From positions 434,001 to 498,000 of the forward strand of contig RHPI01002402.1 in NCBI GenBank assembly GCA_009103225.1: a stretch of DNA of 64,000 bases. Reading direction: 5' to 3'. Within the stretch, counting starts at the first letter, position 1, and every line of letters begins with the position of its first letter. The notes beneath the pieces are model-generated. The model saw nothing but the letters and a program-made list of their open reading frames with translations, made no database searches and was not told the origin of the DNA. Positions 1 to 11,439 of this stretch are shown piece after piece. Source of the stretch: Chlorokybus atmophyticus (lineage: Eukaryota; Plantae; Mesostigma and Chlorokybus algae). The position numbers and the translations under genes were made by a program.

Positions 1-216
1 GTGTGAAGGCGTGCTGCAAGAGATGCATATAGCTAAAACTCGGCTGATTCGCGTGCAGACGGACATGCACATGCGCACACATATGCACGAACACACATGC
101 ATGCATGCGCGCGCTTTCTCTCTGCCCGCGTGCCTGAGAGTGTGCATGTGAGTGCGCATGCTCATGTGCATAAACATGTCCAACCTGCAGTGACACTCAT
201 CGTATACATGTTGCAG

Positions 217-642
217 GTGTTGAAGGCAGAGTTTCCCAACGGCGTTGACCTTGTGTACGAGTCGGTCGGCGGCCAGATGTTCACCACGTGCGTCAACGCG
301 CTCGCCACACGCGGACGGCTTGTCATCATCGGCATGATGTCTCAGTACACCGCTGATGGTGAAAAAGGCTGGGCTGTGGCGCAGTACCCCGGCTTGTGCG
401 AGAAGCTCCTCGCCAAGTCTGCGTCCGTCTGCGGGTTCTTTCTGCTTCACTATGCCGGCGAGTTCAAGCAGCAGCTCATGAAGCTGTACGGCCTCTACGC
501 GCAAGGCAAGCTGCGGGTGCAGCTGGATCCTAAACAGTTTGTGGGTGTTGCGTCTGCGCCGGATGCGGTCGAGTACTTGCACTCTGGACAGAGCTCGGGG
601 AAAGTGGTTGTGCGCATGCAGGCTGGCATGCAGAAGCTCTAG
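217..642 (+). CDS. Last exon of a medium-chain dehydrogenase/reductase, NADP-dependent quinone oxidoreductase (ZADH2/PTGR3-like); 5' exons lie outside the window
   Basis: Acceptor ttgcag at 211-216, then VLKAEFPNGVDLVYESVGG...GRLVIIGMMSQY...AVEYLHSGQSSGKVVV, the typical C-terminus of ZADH2-type MDRs; TAG at 640-642. Confidence 0.8.
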   Translation: MLKAEFPNGVDLVYESVGGQMFTTCVNALATRGRLVIIGMMSQYTADGEKGWAVAQYPGLCEKLLAKSASVCGFFLLHYAGEFKQQLMKLYGLYAQGKLRVQLDPKQFVGVASAPDAVEYLHSGQSSGKVVVRMQAGMQKL

Positions 643-1601
643 CGTTTTGGTAGCAATGATCGTCTTGTGTGTCACCACTTGGAATACTGTGTCTGGCTCG
701 CATTTGCTGATGCATTGTAGTACTTGCTGCTGTACTACTGGATCAAGTTGCGCTGCTGTTCTGCGGCGTGCAAGTATGCACTGCGACTGGGCTGTTTTGC
801 ATGAGCTCTTGTCTGTCAAGCCCTCAACAGTGATGGCCTGTCGTGCGGGTGTAGACCCTGTTAGCAGTGCTCATGCACCAGCCTGCGCGCAACTATCGCT
901 GAACTGGCTGCTGTTGTAGGCGAATTGTCATTACTTGATGCGACCAGGGTGGCCAACACTGTTGCGTTGCACTGTTGTGTCAATGTCTCCCCATGCCTGC
1001 AGAGACATAAACCCGCCTTGCATCTTTCATACAAACAGGGCATTGATGGTGTACATTTAAGGTCACTGGTATTTGCCTCTGTCAGAGTGCTGCTCTGGAT
1101 TGAATGCATGGAAGTGATATTACCTTCTGACACGACGCCTTTTCTATACTTGCACACACTTTGCACGTTGAAAGGTAATAACAGACATGATTTGAGAATG
1201 TGCCGCTGAAGCAACTGTCGTTTTCACACTTGCACACATTTTGCACGTACGGTAAGCTGGAAAAAGGACATGATCTGGCTGGTATGCCGTTGTCAGGGCA
1301 GAGTGTGGGCCGATCTGCATGATACAGCACTTTACACTATGCGCACATAGAACCAGCCCCCGCTGCACAAATAGGCCTAATGTCAAGAGTTTTGCTGTGC
1401 GTTCGTCATGCTAACCTACTGTGCACGTTGGGGTTTGCGAGTTGCTTAGCACCTTTGAAATTACCATATATGTATTCCATGGCTTTTGACAGACCATTAG
1501 CGTTACAGCAAATTTCTGTACACAGGGATGCCAGCAATTGGTGTCACCCCTCCCACAGACAATCCCAGCCTGTTGAACATGAGTAAATGGTCGGTAACTC
1601 C

Positions 1602-3793
1602 TCAAGGCCGTAAGGGTGTCTCCTCTGAATCCCAGCCTGAATCTCCCCTGCGCGGCACCCTACTGTTCTGTCCTTTGTTCTGCCCGCTATAGCTATTTCT
1701 CAGCTGCGCATCCAGCCCCAACCCTCTCGCCGACTGCATGTGGTGCTGGCGCGCTAGCCGCTGCCCCGCCGCGGACAAGCCTCCGGGCGTGCTGCTGCCT
1801 GGCGTGCGCGAGGGCGAGGGCGCGACGACACTGCCAGGCGTGCCACCTCGATGCATTGACCCAGGAGTTGGTGTCATCACGGGTGCTCGGCCACCAAGTC
1901 GCCTAGACTGGAGGCTGCGGCCGGCTTTCCTCGCCAGCAGCATGCCCGCCTTTTCTCTCAAAGGCGTGGCCGGCACTTTGAACATGTTGACTGCCCCGCC
2001 GATGTCGATAGGCGTGTCCTCAGCTTCGAGTCGCAGGGGAGTGCCTTCGACGTCACCCCAAGTCATGAAGGGAGACTCGTCCACGCCCGGGGCGGGGGAA
2101 GGCGTCTTCACGAACTCGTACTTGGGGGTTTGCCGCATTGCCGCCAAATCGACCTTTTCGTTGTTGGGGGGTGGCCGCCATTGTGGCGTGGCGCCAGGCA
2201 CCAAGTCGTAAGCAACTTCGGCGTCAACCGTGCCGGCTGCTTGCTCTGCTTTGGGTACGATGAACCGTGTGCTCCGGTATGAGATGACTTTTTCCTCCCC
2301 TTTGAGCATCTGTGCGCGCTCTTCATCTGTAAGTGGCACTACTGTGTGGTTGGATGAGTCGTACATCAACCTGTCAAGCAACTGGTGTCAACAACATGCC
2401 TCATACACGAAAATCCGCATCAGCATGGCTAGTGGCCTATGCATGTTACCTGTTTTTGGCTTCATATGGCCATGAAATCAATGTGCCGACTGGTTGGCCA
2501 GAAGCACCAAAGCCTTCAATGCTGGTCCTGTTATCCTGCGGGGGCTTCTCTAACTGCGTACGGTCTTTCTCTAGCAAAAAGTCCCATCGCCGCTGCTGCC
2601 GCTGTTGCATGTTCTCCAGAATGCGTTGAAACGAGTCGTTGTCCTCACTGGTGTACGTTGTCATAAACGCGTCAAGAGAGAGCGTCATGTCTACATTGGA
2701 ATCATCTGGTGCGCCGTTGCCGCTGGGGCCGGCAGCAGCAGCAGAAGGAGTTGCTTGAGTACCCTCTGTGCGTACACTGTCAGGTACCCGAAAACTCCCG
2801 CCAGTACGCACACTGTCTGTAACCCTTATGCTCGGTGTGTTGTAACCTGCAAACAAAGATTGGCAGCTGTAATCAAATGGGTCATGGCAAGGTGCACACT
2901 CCAACCTCACATCCAAACCAAACGCTGTGCAACTCACCAAGTTTTTTCCTTTCAGCTCTTCTGCGTGCAATCTGCAATTGCGCTTGTTGTATGGCGGCCG
3001 CGCTCCCGCTTCGCACCGCTTCCAACCATGCTAGCCTGTCCTGAAGCTTGGGCAGATCGGGGAAGAAGTCTCGCTCTATAATGCGCTCTATGGCAGTAGT
3101 GTATGCGTCTTCTTCTAACACAACCATCTTGGGCTTCTTGCGTGGAGGTGGCGGACCCATGACTGCCATGCAACACAGCACTGTAAGCAACGCTCTGTCT
3201 ACAGACTGCAATCATTTCCGATAGCGAACATCACAAGCTCACGTCCAATGCTCACGGTAGATTCAAATTGCTTTAGCATGCGCCTATGTATTCGTCAACA
3301 CAGCAACACATCACCACTAAGACTAGTTGGAAGAAAGTAATGGGGCCGTCAGTGAACTTTGCGTACCACATTGTCAATGGCTGGCACAGTCCACTACATG
3401 CATAACGCTGCCGGTAACAAAACAAGCATTGGGTTCGTGCCGTGCATTGCCAACGGCGAGCAACAGTAAGAAAATTTGGGCAAATACCAACCACGCAGGT
3501 TATGGAAGCCAGGTGTTATTGCACAATGAAAGTGGAGCAGGCGTCATCAACTGTCAATTCAATTGCCGCTGAGCCATAGTAGCAGCTGGCGCAGCAACTA
3601 ACACGCACACACCGACAAAAAAACGAGTGAGCAAGCAAAGCTTACCAGCAACGTCCAGATCCCGCCTCCTCGTTCCAGCCAACGCCATCTTGGCGTCTCC
3701 ATCGCCACGGTCGGGCGCCGACGTGGACGGTTGCGGCTGCTCTTCCGCTGGATCTGCTAGGTGCCGAGGCGAGTAGCCCTGCGCCGCCAACAT
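1602..3793 (-). CDS. ESS2: Splicing factor ESS2/DGCR14 (nuclear protein ES2), 4 coding exons
   Basis: VLEEDAYTTAIERIIERDFFPDLPKL, SLDAFMTTYTSEDNDSFQRILE and SPFMTWGDVEGTPLRL match recalled ES2-family motifs. The upstream exon (donor gtaagc near 3645, phase 1) joins in frame to acceptor cag before TCATGGGT. Start may be MLAAQ (3793) or a downstream MALAG. Confidence 0.88.
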
Positions 3794-3890
3794 CGCAACA
3801 GAACGACTAACCCCTGCACAAGCTCCTCCCCTCACCAGCACCACCAGCACCACCACCAGACTGCCGCCTCCGCCGCCGCTGCCAGCTGCT

Positions 3891-3899
3891 GCCACGTGG
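3891..3899. promoter_or_regulatory. G-box GCCACGTGG upstream of ESS2
   Basis: CACGTG core with GC flank, ~98 nt from the ESS2 ATG, next to a GCC-rich tract. Confidence 0.4.
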
Positions 3900-4061
3900 A
3901 CTAGGGCTGGTGACCTGATTACTCTTTGAAGCCGGCGGGGGCAAGGTAACTCGAGTATGCACCGTGACCGATCTCTCGTTATAACGGCCAAGCCGCGGCG
4001 GTTGCCCGGCTGTGCCAGACATCTGGCATTCGCAGCGCGCGACTCTATGGGCGGGAAAGGG

Positions 4062-4088
4062 TTTAGGGTTTGCATTGGGTTTAGGGTT
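4062..4088 (+). promoter_or_regulatory. Two telo-box-like TTTAGGGTT motifs in the CCT6 5' region
   Basis: tttagggttt (4062-4071) and tttagggtt (4080-4088); reverse complement of the plant telo-box AAACCCTA. Confidence 0.55.
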
Positions 4089-4163
4089 GAGGGCTTAGGC
4101 GGCGGCGGCAGCGTTGGTGGTGTTGAGGAGGCGCTTGTCGCTGTCTTCCTGGTGGTCGTCAGC

Positions 4164-6816
4164 ATGGCGATCCGCCTGCTGAACCCCTCTGCGGAGGTGA
4201 TTAAGAAGGGGGTGGCGCTGTCGATGAACATAAATGCTGCCAAGGGCCTGCAGGACGTGCTCAAGACCAACCTGGGGCCCAAGGGCACCATCAAGATGCT
4301 TGTGTCTGGGGCAGGAGACGTAAAGCTCACAAAGGACGGGAACACGCTGCTCAGAGAGATGGTACGAGTATGGTCCGGCGCGCGGTTTGGACCGCCTTTT
4401 GCACAATGCAGTACATGTGTATGCAGCATGTATGCATGTTTGGCTTGTAGCCATGCAGCATGCACATTGTGCGTTGATGACAAGTTATGGTTAACTAGAG
4501 GTTTGAGGCGGTACCATTGTCAGCGGTGTGTTAATGCGTCATCTTGAGGTCTGTTCAATAGTCAGAAGTGCAGGCGGTTGCGAGCTAATTCTGACGTAAA
4601 CGACTTGTCGTTCAGTAGGCTCTCGTTATGGCCTGTGTTTGCTTGCACATGGCTTGTCTAATTTTCTTGTCATAACCTGTTCTTCACACTTGTTTTGCAC
4701 AGCAAATTCAAAACCCCACAGCTGTGATGATAGCTCGCACAGCCACCGCACAAGACGATATCACCGGAGATGGCACAACGTCAACCGTCTTGCTAATTGG
4801 CGAGCTCATGAAGCAGGCGGATAGGTTTCTTTCAGAAGGTACAAAACGAAACAGGCACATGCATTACCTTACACTTCATACAGCAGTGTGGGTAGCAGAG
4901 TCCGTTTGCGCGCAGGTTTGCATCCCAGAGTTATTGTGGAGGGGTTTGAGGCTGCTAGGAAGGGCACGCTAGAGTTTCTTGAACAGTTCAAGAAGCCGGT
5001 AGTGGTGGAAGGCGATAATGTGGACAGAGAAATACTTACATGCGTCGCGCGCACTGCTCTTCGGACAAAGGTAAGTGTCGAGTCAGTTTAGTGCAACTGG
5101 ACACGTAGCTAATCTCTTTACATTTGGTGTTCAAATTGATGGTCATTGCCAGTGCATGGCTACCACCTGATTTACTACTGGGCTCTGGCTGCAGGTGTCT
5201 GAAGATCTGGTCGAACAATTGACAAAGATTGTTGTAGATGCGGTGAGTTACAGTTGGCACATTTGTGTACTTAGGTCAAGTGTTGCAAATTTCCCTTCTA
5301 TAACCATGGCGTGCAAGGCAAGCATGTTGGAGGCCAGCTACAACGGCAGAAAAACTTGACATCGCTGTGTCCAGGTTCTTACAATACGCAAACCAGGAGA
5401 GAACCTTGATCTTTTCATGGTTGAGATAATGCACATGAGGCATCGCTTGGGTACGGATACAAGGCTGGTAAGTGCTACATCCGTTATGTAAATCACATTG
5501 AGGTTTATCAGCGTTCAGCATCAACATTGAAGGATGCAATGCAGCTTGTACACGCACACATCATGTGCTACCATGCAGGTCAAAGGTCTCGTCCTAGATC
5601 ACGGTTCAAGGCATCCAGACATGCCCAAGCATGTGAGCGACGCGTACATTCTGACATGCAACGTCTCTCTGGAATATGAGAAGAGGTACTTTATGCCGAC
5701 CACTCCCTGCTGTCATGCCCAAATGTACGGGGCAGTTGCTTTTTATTTACACCTCTATGCACTCACTGACAGCGTTGACCTGTGTGCAGTGAGGTGAACT
5801 CAGGGTTCTTCTACAGCAATGCCGAACAGCGAGAAAAGCTGGTTGCGGCAGAGCGAGAATTTACCGATGAACGTGTTAGGAAAATCATAGCCTTGAAGAA
5901 GCAGGTATGCACTTTTGGCAAAAAAGTTGCAAGATGCAAGATAGGACAGCCAAGCTAGTCCACAAACTCAGCTGCTTTGTTTTGCAGGTTTGTGATGGAA
6001 CAGACAAAGGGTTTGTTGTTATCAACCAAAAAGGCATTGACCCCATCTCATTAGACCTGCTTGCAAAAGAAGGGGTGAGTGCTTTTGCTGTGACACACCA
6101 AAAATAGCTGCTTAATGCTGTCATCAAGCACTTATCACTTTGTGCAGATTTTGGCCTTGCGTCGAGCCAAAAGGCGAAACATGGAGCGCCTTGTGCTTGC
6201 TTGCGGTGGTGAAGCTGTAAATACCGTGGATGATTTGACGCCGGCTGCTCTTGGGAGGGCGGGCGCAGTGTACGAACACGTGCTCGGCGAGGACAAGTTC
6301 ACGTTTGTGGAAGAAGTGCAGAACCCTTTCTCCTGCACCATTCTCATCAAGGGCCCGAACGACCACACCATCGCACAGATCAAGGATGCGGTCCGGGACG
6401 GCCTGCGTGCGGTGAAGAACACGCTGGACGATGAGTGCGTCATCCCGGGCGCGGGTGCCTTTGAGGTGGCCGCTCAGCAACACATTGTGAACAACGTCAT
6501 GAAGCGCATGGAGGGCCGCGCGAAGCTTGGAGCCCAAGCCTTCGCGGACGCCTTGCTGGTCATCCCGAAAGTGCTGGCGGAGAACTCTGGCTATGATGCG
6601 CAGGACGCTGTCATCGCTCTGCAAGAGGAGCACAACAATGGCCTCGCGGTCGGGTTTGACGTGTCCACGGGGGAGCCGTTGGACCCGACTGTTGCCGGCA
6701 TATACGACAACTATTGCGTCAAGAGGCAACTCGTGAACTCAGCGCCCGTCATAGCCACGCAGCTATTACTGACTGATGAGGTCATTCGTGCAGGAAGGAA
6801 CATGAGAGCTGGCTAG
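4164..6816 (+). CDS. CCT6: T-complex protein 1 subunit zeta (CCT chaperonin), multi-exon
   Basis: [12 protein letters not shown]...[88 protein letters not shown] and C-terminal [14 protein letters not shown]; all introns GT-AG. Confidence 0.96.
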
Positions 6817-7574
6817 TGATTGATACGGCTTGCAACGAGTGTTGCTGTTCACACTGTGTGTTCTCATTGTGGTGTGGCCTTGGGCGTGTGTTTGAGTCGT
6901 TGTCTTGTGCAATTTGTGTGTTTTGGTACATTGCTACTGATTGAAGGCATGTTTGACTGCAATAGAGGTTGTGGTGGTGGTGGGGTGCAGTGACTGCATA
7001 TGTTTAGCTGTGATTCACAGCTGGTAAGCAATATCTTAGAGATTAAGTCACCGGGTACAGTTGTTGAGCGATGTCTGCAGCACAGGATTAGCTAGTGGAG
7101 ATGAGGCTTTGACTACGGTTTGGTCATCAGCACTGTATGCTCGCCAAGTTTGCCATCTGAGCATAACGGCTCTCTACATGCGCGAGTAACCTGGAATATG
7201 GCACAGTTCAGCTTATGGCTCAGTTGGTAGCAAAACTGCACGTCATAGCATGTCTTTTGTCTGCTGCTTCGCTGGCTGAGTACTCATTGTCCACCAACAG
7301 TTCTTCATCAACTTGTGCAGGTGAAACCAAGCCCAAGCTGGGCTTTGAAGTTATAAGCACGCACATACAGACAAAGTCTCAGCTGACGAGTCTTATGAAG
7401 CAGTAGTCAGCCTGTCTCAACACCCCTCATTTACTCAAACGGCGCCATTTGAGTAAATAAGATGCGCATCTTATCAGCTGCACAGCTGGGAAGATGGTTG
7501 CTGGAGTGGCAATGCAACTTCACAGTGTCACCGCACCAGCGACCGCGTCATTTAAGCATCGAAGGACTGAGATC

Positions 7575-10039
7575 TCATGTGGCCACAAGGTCCAGCTGAT
7601 GATGTTTTAAGTGCTGCAGCGCCAGAACCTTGGCTTTGGGATGCTCGCATGCGCTGCGAATGGTCGCCAAGGCACTCTCCGCAATGTCCACATTCTGGTA
7701 AGGGAAGGAAACTTACACCACCGTGACGTGAATACTCAAACGTACGTGCGACATGCACACATATGCACGCATGCGCACGCACCGCATCGTCAAGCAGCGC
7801 TGCCAGCATGGCTCCAGCTGCGCGTACAATCTGCATCTTCCCCTCTTTGAGCACGCTCACGCCCATGAGCGCCGCGCACGCCTTCGCACGCACGGCCGCG
7901 GACGGGGACGACAGCAGTGCCGCACACACACGCACACCTCCCAGCTCAAGGACCTATGATAGAGTGATGTTTATGTTGTGTGCTTGTTCATGTGAGACAC
8001 ACAACCTTCCAACCCACACCTGCTCTTTGCCCTCTGGAAGGTTGGTCAAGTGGGTCACGCATGAGGCTGCGAAGGCAACAATGTCGGGCGGGTGACCCAT
8101 TGTGCAGTGGGACAGCAATGCAGGCACCTGTGCGGGCAGATTGCTGTTGGGTGCTGCTAGTTGCTGGTACATTGTGACAACATGCTTGTAAAGGATATTG
8201 AAACATATCCTCTTGTGTGAAGTGGAATCGTCAAGTGAGAGACATACTGCGTTGGCTTCAAGTGCGTATATGATGCCCTCATCACAGCGCGTAATGCTTG
8301 CCAAACAGCCGAGAGCCGCCATCACCTGATCACTTAAACCCATCATCAACACGCTGCTCCGAGTCCACACATGCCCGCACACGCACACACGCCAATGCAA
8401 GCATTGAGATGCACACACCCACATTGACACACACAAACCCACACACAAACACTGACCGTCTCCTGCGCCCTCTCTCCATGCGCCATCCCGCTCCTCAGCA
8501 TCGTGACCAAGGCCCGCGCAGTCCCCCGCGCCTCTCCAAACACACTACTATTGCTACTATTCATTGTCGTTGTTGTTGTTGTTGTTGTTGTCATGGAGTT
8601 GACCCGCAGACTCACGTCGCCCGTCGCAAGCGCGCGCCCCGTCGGAGCGAGAAGCTCGGGGGCGGAGAAGAGAGCATTCAGAGCACGGGCAGCGGCCTCA
8701 CGAACCTGGAGAGGAAGAAGTGTGTGTGTGTGTGTGTGTGGTGTGGTGTGGTGTGGGGTGGGGTGGGGGTGGGGGGGGGGCGTGCGTGCATCTGAATTCG
8801 GACCTGAGGGTGTTTGTCCAGGAGTTTCTCGTTGACTTTTGGTACGCCTCCGTCATAGTTGAAGACGGCCTCTCGGCCTGGTTGCAGCAGCGCGAGGCTT
8901 GCCAGCAGTCTGCGTGCGAGTGTGAACGTGTGAACATGTCGCACACATTCTCATATCAATACACTGCCGTGAGTCATTGCGCGTTTGTGATGCGGCACAA
9001 CACCTGCATGCCAGCGCAACAATGTCGGCCTCCTGGTTGCCCAGCCAGCGTATCAGAACGGGGACGGCGCCCACCTCCACAGCCTCAACCTTGTGCTCCT
9101 ACCCCAACAAAGTACATAAGTGAGGAGGAGGCAACCAGCACCACCATTGTAGCATTCATAATCACCACACTCTTGTTGCCATCAACGTCAGCTGTGCAGA
9201 GCTCTAGCATGTAAACATAGTCGCAGACACACATGCACATACGCGCACACATACGCTTCCACGCGCGCTCACACACCCACGCGCATACGCACGCACACAC
9301 ACATACGAGCACCACCCCACGAACTCACGGACGCACCCACCCACCCACCTGGTTGCTTGTGAGTGTGAGCAGTGCCTCCAGGTCCCTCGCTGTCGACGCC
9401 GCCGCCCTCGCCCGTCTCGCTTCCAGCATCCCCACCAGTCTCTGCACGGCGCGCGACCCCAGCGCCTCCGCCGCGACGCACGGACCCCACTCGGCGTCGA
9501 TGCGGGGAGCGACGGGGGGGACCGTACCCACGCGCCGAGAGGAGAGATGGTCGCTGGGTGGTGTGTGGGTGTGGGTGTGGGTGTGGGTGTGGATGTGAGT
9601 ACGCGTGCTCGAGTATGAGTGTGTGTGCACGTGTGCTTGTATGCATGCTGCGTGCGTGCGTACGTGCGTGCGTGCGTGTGAGTGTGCCATGTGCGTGTAG
9701 AGTACTTGTGCATATCGTGCGTGCTCGCGTCAGCCGGAGTGAGACAATGAATAAAGTGTTTCACACAATGAAGCCTTGAGTCCTCGGGTTGCAACTATAC
9801 CACGCAACTATACCAGCACTGAAACCACATCACATTATTATGTGTCAAGCTGCAACAATTGAGAACACCACGCTGCACTGTCAGCGGGGGTTGTGATGCA
9901 ACGTCAGCTGCCCTAACGTAGGAGGAGGTTGAAACAACACAGTCGCAATGCACTGGCCTTGTGTGCTACGAGTAGCACCGTTCACTACGTCTTCATGCTC
10001 GACATACCTTACATAGTGACGGGTCTCTTCAGACTGCAT
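7575..10039 (-). CDS. Armadillo-repeat protein resembling flagellar radial spoke protein 14 (RSP14/RTDR1)
   Basis: Eight exons splice in frame: MQSEETRHYV-S-DHLSSR...ALGSRAVQRLVGML, VGAVPVLIRWL, GVSVLKEGKMQIVRAAGAMLAALLDD, NVDIAESALATIRSACEHP. ARM-like helical repeats; C-terminal similarity to RSP14/RTDR1 is recalled, not searched. Confidence 0.65.
8720..8780. repeat. (GT)n grading into G-runs, G-quadruplex-capable, in an intron of the RSP14-like gene
   Basis: gtgtgtgtgt...gtggtgtggtgtggggtggggtgggggtggggggggggg. Confidence 0.85.
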
Positions 10040-10208
10040 CCTGTTTGTTCCCACTGGGAGCCCACTGGCTCCGTTTGATCAACACCGACTCTCGCTTTGC
10101 TTTGGATAACACTCCAGCCTACACGCAATCATCCACTGTGACGCAGTTTCTCCCGCTTAGTTTTCCAGACCACCACCGCCGCCGCCGCCGCCGCCGCCGC
10201 TGCCGCCC

Positions 10209-10218
10209 GCCACGTGGC
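10209..10218. promoter_or_regulatory. Perfect G-box palindrome GCCACGTGGC upstream of the RSP14-like gene
   Basis: 10-bp palindrome adjacent to a (GCC)n tract. Confidence 0.4.
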
Positions 10219-11439
10219 AGTCTCACCTTGGCCTGCGCTCCTAGAGGGTCACGTGACCCCCAGCTGTCGCGCGCGGCCGGGCAACTCTCAACTGGAATGC
10301 TTTGCAACTTCACAATACAGGTGGCCTGCCCCTTTGAACTGGGTGGTGGTGTTGACCATGCAAGTGACCATACAAGCTGATACAAACACTAACAACAGAG
10401 CACCTCCACAACGGCTCGGGCACAGCAAGCAGCATTAGTACAGGCAGGGGGGCATGGCTAATCTACGTCCCTTAGCTAAATGCATTGCAAGGCAGCGGGG
10501 CGGAGGAAGGCAGGCAGCAGCGGTCGAAGTGTACTAATGACTACTTGTAGCACAAGAGGTCTGCATATGTTAATAAAAATACAAGCAAGTGGTTGTTCTT
10601 GACACACAGCAGGGGCCAATCAGTAGCACAAGGTAGTTTTTGTGTTTGTGCTTGTGGCAGTGTGACCACAACTATTACTATGCACACAGTCTCGCTATGG
10701 TCGTCAGGTAGGTCACAAAGTTGGTGATCGCTGCTGCTGCCTTGCCCCACGCTGCACTGCATTGCACATAGAAGCACGTATTATAGCTGTAGTGGAGTCC
10801 CCGGGTGTCAATAATTGTTGTCGTCCTGTCTGCATCTGGCTGCCTGCCTCTGCCTGCTGTTACTTTTTCGCACGTTATGCTCTGGCTGCATTGACCCTAG
10901 GATCTGTACCCGGTGCAGTAGTGGTTTCCCACTACTACCGTTACCACTTGGAGTGCAGGGCACGAGTGTGCGATAAGTGCATCAGAATGAATCGCAGCCG
11001 GGTTGTCCTGCGCGTTGACTACAGGAATTGGTTAGTTTGTACATCAGTGCTGTTCGGCTGAAGGCACGAAGTAAACTTAGGATCTTCAGATGGCGACAAA
11101 CGGAGCTGCAATAATCTGGTATGCAGCTGCCGCGCTTTAGCCAAAAAGTGTCTCAGCAAGCTCTTCACAGGCAGTTGGACGCCTGCCACTACTATGTAAC
11201 AACCATCATTACTCTTGCTACTGCTACTACTTCAGTGTCATCCATTTCCGATACAATCAAGACCGCCACCCGCGTCACACTTGCAATGTCCATATTCAAC
11301 CGACACCATCACACGAGCAAAAGAACGTTTGCTTGACCACAGCAATGCATTGGCGTGCTCATAAGCTATGTGCAGAGGGTGTCTCCTACATCAGGTGCTA
11401 CTACATGTGCCATGCGCGTGCATAGAAAAATATCCACCT

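Noticed and set aside
3554-4483. 309-aa minus-strand ORF
   Set aside because: A composite of CCT6 antisense sequence, the promoter and ESS2 exon 1; only 3793-3646 is plausibly coding
10520-11400. Short ORFs between the RSP14-like promoter and the GCN1 stop
   Set aside because: No domain or consistent splice pattern; compatible with the GCN1 3' UTR and intergenic DNA
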